26,910 bases of DNA from a bacterium (GCA_037446635.1 JBBIIG010000056.1:1-26910), one strand, 5' to 3'; numbered from the stretch's first letter, positions 14,901 through 23,430 are shown. Notes: a model not told the origin generated them from the sequence alone. Made by a program: numbers and translations.

Positions 14901-15462
14901 AAAACGGAAACGGCAGGCTGACGTTGGACACCGCCAGCGCGGCGCAGCTTTCATTAGAAATTGTCACGTTGAGCGTTTTTTGATCGCCCGCTTTGATGAT
15001 GCCAAAATTCAGGCTGGTTGCGGAGAGATGCAATTCGCCGGTGCGGCAGATGAAAAGGGTTGCGTCTAATACAGTGCTGAGGGTGGTGTCCATCTCAACA
15101 TCCCCGCTTAGACTTTTAGCACCGTAAATCTGAAAAATGTACTCGCCATCATCCGTATCGGGAACATTGGGAGAGACAGTAAAAAATCCCTGCCAAGTAT
15201 CGTTTAGCGTCCATCCTTGAGCAACTGCTGGCACATTTAATGTAAAGGGCTCATCAAGGCCCGCACGAACCACTGGTTGAACATCCGTATTCATTACCCT
15301 ATCAAATTTCAGCTCGACCGTTACGGTTTCCTCGAGATTAGCTTGGGAATTGTTTCCAATTCCATAAAAGTTAATTTCAATCAGCTTCGGCGTTTGTGCG
15401 CTGGCCATTCCGGAACTCAAAAACAACCCCGCCAGCAACAAACCAATTAAAACCTTCTTCAT
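11944..15462 (-). CDS. Large secreted multi-domain protein (two ASH/choice-of-anchor-D-like Ig domains, further beta domains, C-terminal FlgD-Ig/T9SS sorting domain)
   Basis: Signal MKKVLIGLLLAGLFLSSGMASA; two LNFG...ISN/ITN...FSP/FAP...ITSND/IASND...LTG/LNG units; GWNLIATPF; C-terminal LLQNFPNPFNPETTIRY...WNGRDDRGRPAASGVYIY...KMILMK. Confidence 0.88.
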   Translation of the reverse strand: MKKVLIGLLLAGLFLSSGMASAQTPKLIEINFYGIGNNSQANLEETVTVELKFDRVMNTDVQPVVRAGLDEPFTLNVPAVAQGWTLNDTWQGFFTVSPNVPDTDDGEYIFQIYGAKSLSGDVEMDTTLSTVLDATLFICRTGELHLSATSLNFGIIKAGDQKTLNVTISNESCAALAVSNVSLPFPFSVVSSPSFFEIPGDSSRVLTILFSPTSRGVFTGNITITSNDRFQSTHTVQLTGSARGPQIALTPPSALNFGKLEVGAQFTKDVVITNEKDDANPALNDTLHIQNIYTDHVAYQVSATAFVIPPDSSETVAVTFAPPNAQLFNGRILSIASNDLTQPLRTIVLNGDASDEAPPPPLTSVIATWSGYNGYISGAFLPICWENPVDNSGIRAIWWYFSTTPLDPETAPEPDTLQTAVSVGGRILLTPGGFCASLPLFGRITSGFWYCYLWLEDGNGNRSWRNALPATFVYDVTAPLKPVIKSRSILATRWFGFGNPFNLTIEIPLDATRNRRDAAEVFWKYKTPPTAASDFNGKLTFPAGDQLNRTFNIPFNSDDLCGDDSLYVWLADSAGNVNHENYTIVPYRFDVCPPVIKRTRIDTDNIAKIGQVFRDTLKITDKGIGLLNVDSSWVYYRFGGADAEEPRRLLKRLTDTTFVVEIPLAGVTRRGIEYRVTALDSIVGNTGLGPISTSYCGELDDHFEEEEFWFPVRARVEGQGDFRIDADGRPVPLIAGADSTNYQLISVPYDLDSSAVENVLADDLGAYDDTQWRLFDYKTDNPEATRFLEGEGVRPFAPGRSYFLITRKPDIVVDSGPGNTRRTVCNDTLRVYEGWNLIATPFNFPVHKESMYLLNSNSVISLRSFERGWNIVDVMEPWKGYALFVTRPSSQESSVPIYLIIQPKAARGRLSKASDGLTLQPGEWLIQISGSAGQALDLENWAGLRNEALESFDKFELAEPPVIGRFLRVQFPKPEWRQPARGFSTDIRPAGKSEQVWEVEVQTNQPETLVKLDFTFLGDFPADAEVYLVDEGSKMAQNLRANASYSFKSGTQGSEKTLKLIVGSAEFASAAAGDVPLVPTEFDLLQNFPNPFNPETTIRYNLPAASPVKLEIFDVLGRKVRTLVNADRQNPGYHTVLWNGRDDRGRPAASGVYIYRIVSDKQSLSRKMILMK

Positions 15463-15530
15463 AGTTGCGCCCTTATCCATTGATGATGATCCAATTTTTT
15501 AGATGTTCGATTTTCATTAGATAGAATTTA

Positions 15531-16265
15531 TCACGGAAACACCGGCGGCCCCGGCAATTTCGTGTCCGGCGGCGGTGTAACCGTGCCGCCGTTGCCGCCG
15601 TCGGAACCGTTGGCGGCAAAATAAATTCCGGCGCCCACGCCACCGGCGATGAGCAGCCCCAGACCGAAATACTGCCACTTGAAGCCGCCGCCGTCATCAT
15701 AATACGAACGGCCGTAATCCGATTCCGGGACGCGACTCGGCGACGGCGCCGGAGTGGACTGGGTGTAGCCATTGCTGCGGCCAACTAATTTTCTCGCCAA
15801 CGATGACATGTGGGTCATCAAACCGGAAACTTCACCGGCAAATTCCTCGCGCGCCGACCGCACCACCTCGCGGCTGGTGACGTGAATCATGTGCGCCTCC
15901 ACTACGTAGCCCTCCACGCCGCCGGTGATGGCGCCCACCACCACCACCTGCACGCCCAACGCCCGAGCCGCCTGCACGCCGCAGCGGGCGTCGCCGCAAT
16001 TGGCGGGATCGATGTTTTTCGCCAGCAGGCCTTTTTCCATGTTGTCGTGGGTCATGGTGTAGAACAAGCCGGTTTTGGAAATTTCTTCGGTGAGGGTTGC
16101 CGAAAGCAAACGCGCGTCGTTGGCGGTGACGGCACTGCCAGAGGGCGCAAGGTTCAAAACCACCAGTGAATATTTGTTGCCCTGCTGCCGCGCCAGCAGA
16201 ACGTCCTGCGAGAGAATCATACCAACAAACAGAGTCAACACTACCGCTGATGTGATTTTTTTCAT
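15531..16265 (-). CDS. Secreted protein with a CsgG/FlgO/DUF2380-like alpha/beta domain, C-terminal hydrophobic helix and Pro-rich tail
   Basis: Signal peptide; LVVLNL...CGDARCGVQAARALGVQVVVVGAI pattern; YFGLGLLIAGGVGAGIYFAA followed by a Gly linker and LPGPPVFP. Confidence 0.7.
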   Translation of the reverse strand: MKKITSAVVLTLFVGMILSQDVLLARQQGNKYSLVVLNLAPSGSAVTANDARLLSATLTEEISKTGLFYTMTHDNMEKGLLAKNIDPANCGDARCGVQAARALGVQVVVVGAITGGVEGYVVEAHMIHVTSREVVRSAREEFAGEVSGLMTHMSSLARKLVGRSNGYTQSTPAPSPSRVPESDYGRSYYDDGGGFKWQYFGLGLLIAGGVGAGIYFAANGSDGGNGGTVTPPPDTKLPGPPVFP

Positions 16266-16347
16266 AGTTGTCTTCCCATGAAGTAAGAAGTTGTCAGTTA
16301 GAAAACTTAAAGAGCGGACCGCGTCATTTTATGACGGTGCACCGATG

Positions 16348-16362
16348 GCAAATATTGCGCCA
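16348..16362 (-). promoter_or_regulatory. sigma54 (-24/-12) promoter
   Basis: TGGCGC-AATAT-TTGC matches TGGCAC-N5-TTGC with exact GG-N10-GC spacing, about 80 nt upstream of ATG 16265. Confidence 0.7.
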
Positions 16363-16536
16363 TTGAACTGGACTTATATATACTTACGGAAGGCGGAAAA
16401 TGGGAAGGAATGCGGACTACTTTTTAGGCTAAAAACATCGGCAATTTGTAGGATTGAAATGGGCTAAGCCATTATTTTTATACACTCGACACCAACATTT
16501 TGCTCGCAGTTGAGACAAATGTTTTTTCGTGAGACA

Positions 16537-16935
16537 TCATGATTTTTCTACGGCTCGCTCGACGACGAGACTCAACCCCTGAACCTCCACGACACGAATC
16601 CTCTCGCCCCGTCGTAGCGGCTGAGCGCTGACCGCGCGCCAAATTTCTCCCTGAACGTTGACCCACAGGTCGCCGCGATTTTTACGAATGACTCCGCCGA
16701 CTTTGCCAATCATTCCCGGCGCGCCGGTGGTGGGCCGCTTTCGCAAAATGCGCAACACCACCACCGCTAACAAAAAGTTGCCGGCGAGGACAATGGTGGA
16801 AGCCAATCCCAAAAGCAGCAGCCTGACGTGCCAATCGTAAACATTCACGAACAGGAGATATAAAAGCAGGTCGTCGATCAGAAAAAAGCCCGTAAGCAAG
16901 ATGAGGAGTACAAACTTTTTAGTGCGAGATTCCAT
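16537..16935 (-). CDS. NfeD-family short membrane protein (C-terminal OB-fold)
   Basis: Two TM helices, then RPTTGAPGMIGKVG...VNVQGEIWRAVS...GERIRVVEVQGLSLVVE. Confidence 0.88.
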   Translation of the reverse strand: MESRTKKFVLLILLTGFFLIDDLLLYLLFVNVYDWHVRLLLLGLASTIVLAGNFLLAVVVLRILRKRPTTGAPGMIGKVGGVIRKNRGDLWVNVQGEIWRAVSAQPLRRGERIRVVEVQGLSLVVERAVEKS

Positions 16936-17004
16936 CAGCTTCTCTGCTTCGCGTCACGCCGACCCGGCTATATTTTGAGTTGTTCACCTGACTGATCCGG
17001 CGAG

Positions 17005-18642
17005 TCAGCCGCTGAACTCCACTCTTTTAAGATACGCCGCAACCCGCACCTGAATCAAGCTCTCCAAAATCAGAGAAACCGTTAAGATGGTGATGGTGAA
17101 CACGAGATAACTGGCCGGTGAAGGATAAACGTACTCGAAGATGAACGGCAGCAAAAAATAAAGAATGAAGGGCGCCGCCACCAAAAAAATAGCTAAATTT
17201 TTTGAGCGGCTGCCGCGGACGTTCGGCCGCGAAAACGGCAAATCCGGAGAGTAAAGAAACGCCAGTTGCAAAAACAGGTGCGCCAGCAATCCCAACACTA
17301 AAATGTGAAGCAGCATGTGCAGGGTGTGGTTAAAAAAATAATAGAAAACCGCGCCGAGAATAAAAAGAAACGGTAAGACAAAATAGACCATCAAAAAGTT
17401 TTTTTCGGCGATGACCAGCCGGCGAAAATCGGCGGGCGCGGCATAAAAAATCCACGAGGCCTGGTAGGCATCGCTTTGCGTTACAAACGTGCGCAGCATC
17501 ATTGGAAAAAGGAAGATCAGAAGATAGAGCAGGCCGGACTGGCCGATTTCGAGCCGGGGATCCAAAAATGGATCCGGCAGCGGCCCCTGTTCGATTCCCA
17601 CAAACAGGTAAAAAAATGTCAACGGCAAAATGCCAAGCACCGCCATTTTAAACCGGTTGTCGTACAAAAACTGATTGCGAATCAACTTCGAGACCACGCG
17701 TTCCTCGTGCGCGTGGGCGAAAAGGAAAAATGGTTTGAAAGAGGCTTGCGTGTTTTTTGAAACAGGGGGCGCGGCCGACAACGACTTCATCAGGCTCTCG
17801 GAGTAGCTCATGGAGAGTTTCGCCAACGCCAAATAACTTATCAGAACCGTCGCCAGTACGGAAATCACCGCGAGCAAAACGTGCAGTTTTTCGGCGTCGC
17901 CCAAAGCAATTTCAAGATAGCTGCCAAACCAGGTTGATGGCAAAAAAGCCAACCACGGTTTTTGGGTGAGATCAAAAAAATCGGCGCTGCGCCGCGTCAG
18001 CAATTTTGGAAAGATAAAAAAACTACTATAAACCAAAAAAGCCAACGCGATCTGAAACATTGCCAACGCATTTTGCAAACGGTGAAAGCTGACTTTTTTC
18101 AACAAAAAAACATAAATCAGCACCACCGTCATCGCCGCAGCAAAATTAGCCACCAGGACGCTGACCAGCGCTACGAATCCAATCAGCGGATGATAATGCG
18201 TGCTGAGCCAAAAAGCCGCCGTCGTCGGCAGGGCGAGCACAAGCGTGAACATCAAAACGTAAAACAAAATGTTGGCAAGCTTGACGGTGAAATACGTTCG
18301 CGATGACAGCGGTCGAAAACCCAAAACCAAAAAATCATCGGGCGCGACCACCACCGTGTGGTACTCCACCAGGATCAATCCCCCCACCATAAAAATGTTA
18401 TAGAGAATGAGAAGATTGACGCTGAACGTAACGTCTTCCGTGGTCAACAAAATCGGGATGAAAGCCAGGCCGGTAATTAAGTAGAAAAAGATGAGCGTTA
18501 AAAACGCGCCGCGGCCGCTGCGGCCGTGACTGAAGCTGGAGGCGCTGGACTGCCGGAAATCGCGCTTGAGGGTTGCGCGAGTGAGAGCCGCCCACTGCCG
18601 GTAATCGACGCCCAGCCCGTGAAAAATTTTTTGCAGCATCAC
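17005..18642 (-). CDS. Putative ABC exporter permease (multi-pass membrane protein)
   Basis: About 12 hydrophobic segments; GTGATG start overlaps the ATPase stop (translational coupling). Confidence 0.8.
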   Translation of the reverse strand: MMLQKIFHGLGVDYRQWAALTRATLKRDFRQSSASSFSHGRSGRGAFLTLIFFYLITGLAFIPILLTTEDVTFSVNLLILYNIFMVGGLILVEYHTVVVAPDDFLVLGFRPLSSRTYFTVKLANILFYVLMFTLVLALPTTAAFWLSTHYHPLIGFVALVSVLVANFAAAMTVVLIYVFLLKKVSFHRLQNALAMFQIALAFLVYSSFFIFPKLLTRRSADFFDLTQKPWLAFLPSTWFGSYLEIALGDAEKLHVLLAVISVLATVLISYLALAKLSMSYSESLMKSLSAAPPVSKNTQASFKPFFLFAHAHEERVVSKLIRNQFLYDNRFKMAVLGILPLTFFYLFVGIEQGPLPDPFLDPRLEIGQSGLLYLLIFLFPMMLRTFVTQSDAYQASWIFYAAPADFRRLVIAEKNFLMVYFVLPFLFILGAVFYYFFNHTLHMLLHILVLGLLAHLFLQLAFLYSPDLPFSRPNVRGSRSKNLAIFLVAAPFILYFLLPFIFEYVYPSPASYLVFTITILTVSLILESLIQVRVAAYLKRVEFSG

Positions 18643-19406
18643 TCACCCGCCAGCGCTTGCAGAAAACTTTCGGCGTGCGCGCCGGTATCGTGGACGCCGG
18701 TCAATTTGCCGAACGCTTTTTCCAACGTCGATTCCTGGGTTTGGCGAACGATCTCCGCTGCTGTGCCCTGCGAAATCAGCTCGCCTTTATGAATGATCGC
18801 GATGCGGGTACAAATGCGTTCCACCACTTCCAGAATGTGCGAGCAAAATAAAATGGTTTTGCCTTGCGCCGCCAACTTTCGCAGCAGATCTTTGACGATC
18901 AGCGCGGCGTTGGCGTCCAGCCCGTTAAGGGGCTCATCAAAAAACAGCGCCTGCGGGTTGTGCAGCAGCGCCGAAGCGATCAGCACTTTTTGTTTCATGC
19001 CTTTGGAAAACGCCGCGAGATGGCGATCTTTTTCCTCGTAAATTCCAAAGAGCGTCAAAAATTCTTCCATTCGGCGAAAGGCGGCCTGGCGCTCGAGATG
19101 GTGCAGGTCGGCGACCAGCTCTAAATACTCCCACGCCGTCAACGACTCGAACAGCGCCGCTGACTCCGGCACGCAGCCGATGCGCTTTTTGACCTCGAGG
19201 GGATCGCGCACCACGTCGAAGCCGGCGACGGTCGCGGTTCCGGAAGTGGGGAGCAACATGCCGGTGAGCATTTTGACGGTGGTGGTTTTGCCGGCGCCGT
19301 TGGGCCCGAGGAATCCCACAATTTCCCCGGGCAGCACAGTCAACGACAAATTTTGAACGGCCGCTTTGCCATGGAACAGTTTGGTGAGATGTTCACATTG
19401 GATCAT
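18639..19406 (-). CDS. ABC transporter ATP-binding protein
   Basis: Walker A GPNGAGKTT, signature FSKGMKQK, Walker B FFDEP, H-loop CSH. Confidence 0.95.
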   Translation of the reverse strand: MIQCEHLTKLFHGKAAVQNLSLTVLPGEIVGFLGPNGAGKTTTVKMLTGMLLPTSGTATVAGFDVVRDPLEVKKRIGCVPESAALFESLTAWEYLELVADLHHLERQAAFRRMEEFLTLFGIYEEKDRHLAAFSKGMKQKVLIASALLHNPQALFFDEPLNGLDANAALIVKDLLRKLAAQGKTILFCSHILEVVERICTRIAIIHKGELISQGTAAEIVRQTQESTLEKAFGKLTGVHDTGAHAESFLQALAGE

Positions 19407-19422
19407 AAAAGGAGCGGAAGCT

Positions 19423-21279
19423 TCATTTCTGCTTAATCACAATCGTCCCGGTTTTTTTCTCCAGCTCGACTTTGATGACGCCGTTTTTAACGCGATATTT
19501 TTCATCTTTCATTCCGTCTTTTACTTTCGAGTCGTCTTTCCAGCCGGCGGCGATTTCAATGGTGCGCCGCTCCTCGCTGTTGTTGAATACCACCACCACT
19601 TCATTTTTCTCGAACTGGCGCGCGAACGCGAGAATGTTTTTTTGATCGTCGAGGAGCAGGAGTTTGTAATCTCCTTTTTGCAGCGCGGCGTTTTCGCGAC
19701 GGGCTTTATTCAACAAATAATAAAACTGCAGCAGCTCGCCGTCCACCACGTTTTCGCTTTCGTCGCTTAAATCCGGACGGATGATGGAATAGGTTTCCTT
19801 CTCATAAACGAATTCCCGCCAGAGCATGGGTTTGATAAGATCGCGCTGGGCGCCGCCCCACATGCCGCTTTCGTCGCCGTACAAAATCATCGGCGCGCCC
19901 GGATAGGTCAGTTGCAAAAAAACCATCGCCTTTTGAATGTCGCGCTGGCGTTTATCCGGTTTGCGCGGATCGTACTCGCCGGGAGTGAACTCGCCGAGAA
20001 CGCTGTCCGTGGCAACGTGGCTGCGAATGATGGTGGCAATACGATCACGGTGATGATCGCTGAGGCGGTGCAGCACGCCGTGGCCGGCGCTGGAGTCTTT
20101 TCTAATTTGCTCGAGCTTATCGTGAAATTCCGACAAACTATATTTTTGATGAACAAAAAAATCGTGCATCGTTTTCGTGAACGCCTCGCTGGCGGCGATC
20201 GCAAAACCATTGGCCACGGCCGACGCCCCGTTTTCCCCCGCGGCAAGAGCAATCGCCTGGGGATTGATGGACTTCACGAACTGCGCCCACTCTTCGAGGA
20301 AGGGGGCAGCCAGCGCGTGGGCTTCGTGAACGACCCAACCGTCCACGCCGTCGCGCGGGTCGCCGTCGCCGTTGGGATCGAGCCAGCGGCGCGTGCAATC
20401 AAAAATATATTTTTTGACCGGCGCCGCCAACCCGTGTTCATCTTTACCTGCCGGCGCGGGCTGGCGAAAGAGCGGCCGCCGGCGATCGTTCTCCCAGCTT
20501 TTGTAATCGAACTCCACCGTATCGGGCGTGGCGGGATCGTCCCAACTCAACACCTCAAACCAATCTTTATATGCCGACTCCCGCTGCTTTTCCTGCAGAT
20601 CACGGAAGGCCCAAAAATCTTCTCCGACATAATGAAACACGCCGGTGATCACCACCTTCATGCCCTGCTCATGGGCCTTGGCCAGCAACTGCACGAACAC
20701 CTCGTCGGATGGCGTCAGCTTCCAGGTCGCCGGATCTTCCGTTTCCGGCAACACGTTTTCATCATGTTTTTCCTGGGCGTTTACTTTTTTCTCCAGACGA
20801 TTTTTTCTTGGTGGAGGCAAATTGCTAAAACCGCCGGCGCCCGTGAACCCAAAATTATCATCGATGTGGTGAAAGGTGGAGGCATCGTATTTCAACACCG
20901 AGGGCGATTCAAAGATTGGACTCAAATAAATGACGTTGACGCCGAACTCTTTCAAGTAGGGCAATTTTTCAATCACTCCCAGCAGGTCGCCGCCGTAGCG
21001 CCGCTGAGCAACCAGTTCATCAAACGGCAGATGGCGGTTGGCTTCCCAAATTTGCAGCTTGTACCAATCGGACGCCCACGGATGTACCTGCCAATCGCCG
21101 TTGTCTTTTCTCAGCACATCAGTTTTGGTGGGATCGTTTTGAGGGTTGCCGTTGCGAAAGCGTTCGGGAACGATGTGATACCACACCGCGCCCTGCGTCC
21201 ATTCCGGGAGCGGATCGCCGGCAAAAATGATTTGAGCCGCCGCCAAACAACCAAGCAGTAAAAACGTTTGCAATTTCAT
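19423..21279 (-). CDS. Secreted GH13 alpha-amylase-fold (neopullulanase/cyclomaltodextrinase-like) protein, probably catalytically inactive
   Basis: WYHIVPERFRNG, YGGDLLGVIEKLPYLKEFGVNVIYLSPIF, YPGAPMILYGDESGM; the catalytic regions are degenerate (see findings). Confidence 0.85.
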   Translation of the reverse strand: MKLQTFLLLGCLAAAQIIFAGDPLPEWTQGAVWYHIVPERFRNGNPQNDPTKTDVLRKDNGDWQVHPWASDWYKLQIWEANRHLPFDELVAQRRYGGDLLGVIEKLPYLKEFGVNVIYLSPIFESPSVLKYDASTFHHIDDNFGFTGAGGFSNLPPPRKNRLEKKVNAQEKHDENVLPETEDPATWKLTPSDEVFVQLLAKAHEQGMKVVITGVFHYVGEDFWAFRDLQEKQRESAYKDWFEVLSWDDPATPDTVEFDYKSWENDRRRPLFRQPAPAGKDEHGLAAPVKKYIFDCTRRWLDPNGDGDPRDGVDGWVVHEAHALAAPFLEEWAQFVKSINPQAIALAAGENGASAVANGFAIAASEAFTKTMHDFFVHQKYSLSEFHDKLEQIRKDSSAGHGVLHRLSDHHRDRIATIIRSHVATDSVLGEFTPGEYDPRKPDKRQRDIQKAMVFLQLTYPGAPMILYGDESGMWGGAQRDLIKPMLWREFVYEKETYSIIRPDLSDESENVVDGELLQFYYLLNKARRENAALQKGDYKLLLLDDQKNILAFARQFEKNEVVVVFNNSEERRTIEIAAGWKDDSKVKDGMKDEKYRVKNGVIKVELEKKTGTIVIKQK

Positions 21280-21310
21280 GAATCCATTCTTTCGTTGTTA
21301 AAGGGTGAAC

Positions 21311-21339
21311 AATATAAAAAATTAAGCTCAGCGATGCAA
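21311..21339 (-). promoter_or_regulatory. Putative sigma70-type promoter of the GH13-ABC-NfeD unit
   Basis: TTGCAT-N17-TATATT, about 30 nt upstream of ATG 21279. Confidence 0.55.
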
Positions 21340-21374
21340 CCTTTTCAGTAATCGACGCGGCGTAGAAAATAGGA

Positions 21375-21397
21375 GTGTAAAAATATGATTTTTACAC
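21375..21397. promoter_or_regulatory. Perfect inverted repeat (operator candidate or weak terminator)
   Basis: GTGTAAAAAT-ATG-ATTTTTACAC. Confidence 0.45.
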
Positions 21398-21400
21398 AGG

Positions 21401-22228
21401 CTATTTTTGTCTATTGGCTTCCTTCAAGAGCAGATAAAACGAGGCCACAAAGCTGATTTGAAAAACTCCGAACGAAACCGCGGCCAGCCGGTCAAAATGC
21501 TTGGCGTCGTTGTAGTATTTTTCGATGAGCTCGGGATCGCCGGTGCTGAGGTAGGAATCGTATTTGTCGTCGCCGCGGCTGCGGAAATAAAACGTCAGCC
21601 CGCCGGCAACCAGCGTGAGTGCGGCAGCCGAATACAAAATCGCTCGCGAACGCGGTCGTTTGTCGGCGTTAACTGAGCCCAGCGTCAGGTTGAGTGGAAT
21701 TTTAGCGGCGGCCAGCTCGATATCAAAAAAACGCTGCGGCGTCAACCCGAGAGTGAGCGTGGTATCGCGGTAGCCCGGTTTTGAAAGGGTGATTTCCACG
21801 ATTTCGTTTTCAGGCAATTTGAAAAAGATCGGGGTCTCCCCCACTAACTCCGTTCCTTTCAAGACGGCCGCGCCAAACGGCTGTGAGTGAATCGAATAAC
21901 TGTACTTAAACATCACCGGCGCGCGCAGGGTGTCGTTCGCTAAAATGCGGACATCGGCCACCCAATTCTCTTCAAACCAGTTGATGCGATCCGGGTGCTC
22001 GACGACCACTTTGTGCAAACCCGGCGTCAGCTCAAAAACGCCGGGCGTTAAGCCAACGAACTGGTTATCGATTTTTACGGCAAGACCGGCGTGCGGGGTA
22101 ATCAACATCAACCAGCCTTTGGGATCGTCCGCGCCGGCGTTGGCCAACAACTCGCAGGGAGAAACTAACGACAGCGTGATGCTGCACAACAAAATCGCTG
22201 CGGTGATTTTGAAATGATTTTCTTTCAT
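21401..22228 (-). CDS. PEGA-domain protein with C-terminal hydrophobic helices
   Basis: Signal peptide; two PEGA-like units (VKIDNQFVGLTP...LTPGLHKV; IHSQPFGAAV...VGETP...ITLSKPGY); two C-terminal hydrophobic helices separated by DKYDSY. Confidence 0.8.
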   Translation of the reverse strand: MKENHFKITAAILLCSITLSLVSPCELLANAGADDPKGWLMLITPHAGLAVKIDNQFVGLTPGVFELTPGLHKVVVEHPDRINWFEENWVADVRILANDTLRAPVMFKYSYSIHSQPFGAAVLKGTELVGETPIFFKLPENEIVEITLSKPGYRDTTLTLGLTPQRFFDIELAAAKIPLNLTLGSVNADKRPRSRAILYSAAALTLVAGGLTFYFRSRGDDKYDSYLSTGDPELIEKYYNDAKHFDRLAAVSFGVFQISFVASFYLLLKEANRQK

Positions 22229-22248
22229 CTAACCTTCAGATAAAAAAC

Positions 22249-23430
22249 TCAAAGCGCTAAGCCTGCCAGCGAGTCCGCCGGCGCAAAGGCATAAACGAAG
22301 CGGTCTTCGGAAGCGCCCAAAATATAGTTCTCCCAAATGATGGGCGCCGTGCGAACCCGGCCTCTGGTTTCAAAACTCCACAACAGCGCGCCGCTCTCCA
22401 AATCCAAACAGTAGTAGCGCCGATCGAGGGAACCAAAATAGACGAGATCGTCCGCGATCAGCGGCGCGGTGCCGATCGCGCTGCCGGCGCGAAACCGCCA
22501 GCGCTCGCGGCCGGTCTCGGCATCCAAACAATAAAATTGCCCGTCGCTGGCGCCGAACAGCACGTTGCGGCCGTCGCTGGCGGCGGATTGGAAAATGGGC
22601 GTCTGCGCCAAAAACGTCCACGCCGCGGCGCCGTCGGCAAGCTGGAGGGCGTAGAACGTGCTATCGTTTGAGCCGACAAAAACTTTTCCGGCAGAGATGA
22701 CCGGCGTGGCCACGACGCTGGCGCCGGTTTCCACTTTCCAGGTGAGCTTGCCAGTCTGCGCGTTCAAAGCGTAGATGACGCCGTTGTCGCAGCCGGCCAC
22801 CAGCACGTCGTCCTTCAGCGCCGGCGACGAACGATGTTGATCCTCGCTTTTGAAGCTCCAAATTCTCTCGCCGCTTTCGAAATCATATTTTTCAATCCGA
22901 TGGTACAAGGCAGCAACATAAACCGCGTCGCCGGCGATCAGCGGCTCACTGGCGATGTCGCCAGCGTCGATCTTCCAAAGCGGTTTGCCGGAAAGAAGAT
23001 CGTATTTGACCAGCGTTTCCTGGCCGTAACGTGAAGCAAAAAAGAGAAAGCCCCGGCGGTAGGCAGCGGCGGCCTCATACTGGCCTTCGCACTTGCCGCG
23101 CCCCCGGCGTTCGCCGGTGGCGATGTCAAGGATTTCAAAACGGCCGTCGAGGGTGGTAAAAATCAACGCGCCGTTGACAGCCAACATGGTCGGCGAAACG
23201 GCGGAACTGGTTTTATAGATCCAAACATTTTTTAGGGGCGGCGCGACGCGGGTAGCGGTAAAATTTGTGCGCTCGGGGGTCAGTCCAAATTGCGGCCAGT
23301 TGCGCAATTCCAGATTTTCATCTATCGCCGGGCGGATGGCGACTTTGCGGCAAGCGCCGCTCAATAGCGGGAGAAGAATGACGCTGAAAAAAATAACCTG
23401 GCCGATGCGCGAGCGGAGACGAGTCAGCAT
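22249..23430 (-). CDS. PQQ-like beta-propeller lipoprotein (BamB-like)
   Basis: ATG 23430, 4 nt after the Omp85 stop; lipobox LSGA-C; WPQFG...RT motif; repeated SSP...YALNAQTGKLTW-type blades. Confidence 0.85.
   Translation of the reverse strand: MLTRLRSRIGQVIFFSVILLPLLSGACRKVAIRPAIDENLELRNWPQFGLTPERTNFTATRVAPPLKNVWIYKTSSAVSPTMLAVNGALIFTTLDGRFEILDIATGERRGRGKCEGQYEAAAAYRRGFLFFASRYGQETLVKYDLLSGKPLWKIDAGDIASEPLIAGDAVYVAALYHRIEKYDFESGERIWSFKSEDQHRSSPALKDDVLVAGCDNGVIYALNAQTGKLTWKVETGASVVATPVISAGKVFVGSNDSTFYALQLADGAAAWTFLAQTPIFQSAASDGRNVLFGASDGQFYCLDAETGRERWRFRAGSAIGTAPLIADDLVYFGSLDRRYYCLDLESGALLWSFETRGRVRTAPIIWENYILGASEDRFVYAFAPADSLAGLAL

Noticed and set aside
19912..21261. 449-aa plus-strand ORF
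   Set aside because: Antisense shadow of the GH13 gene.
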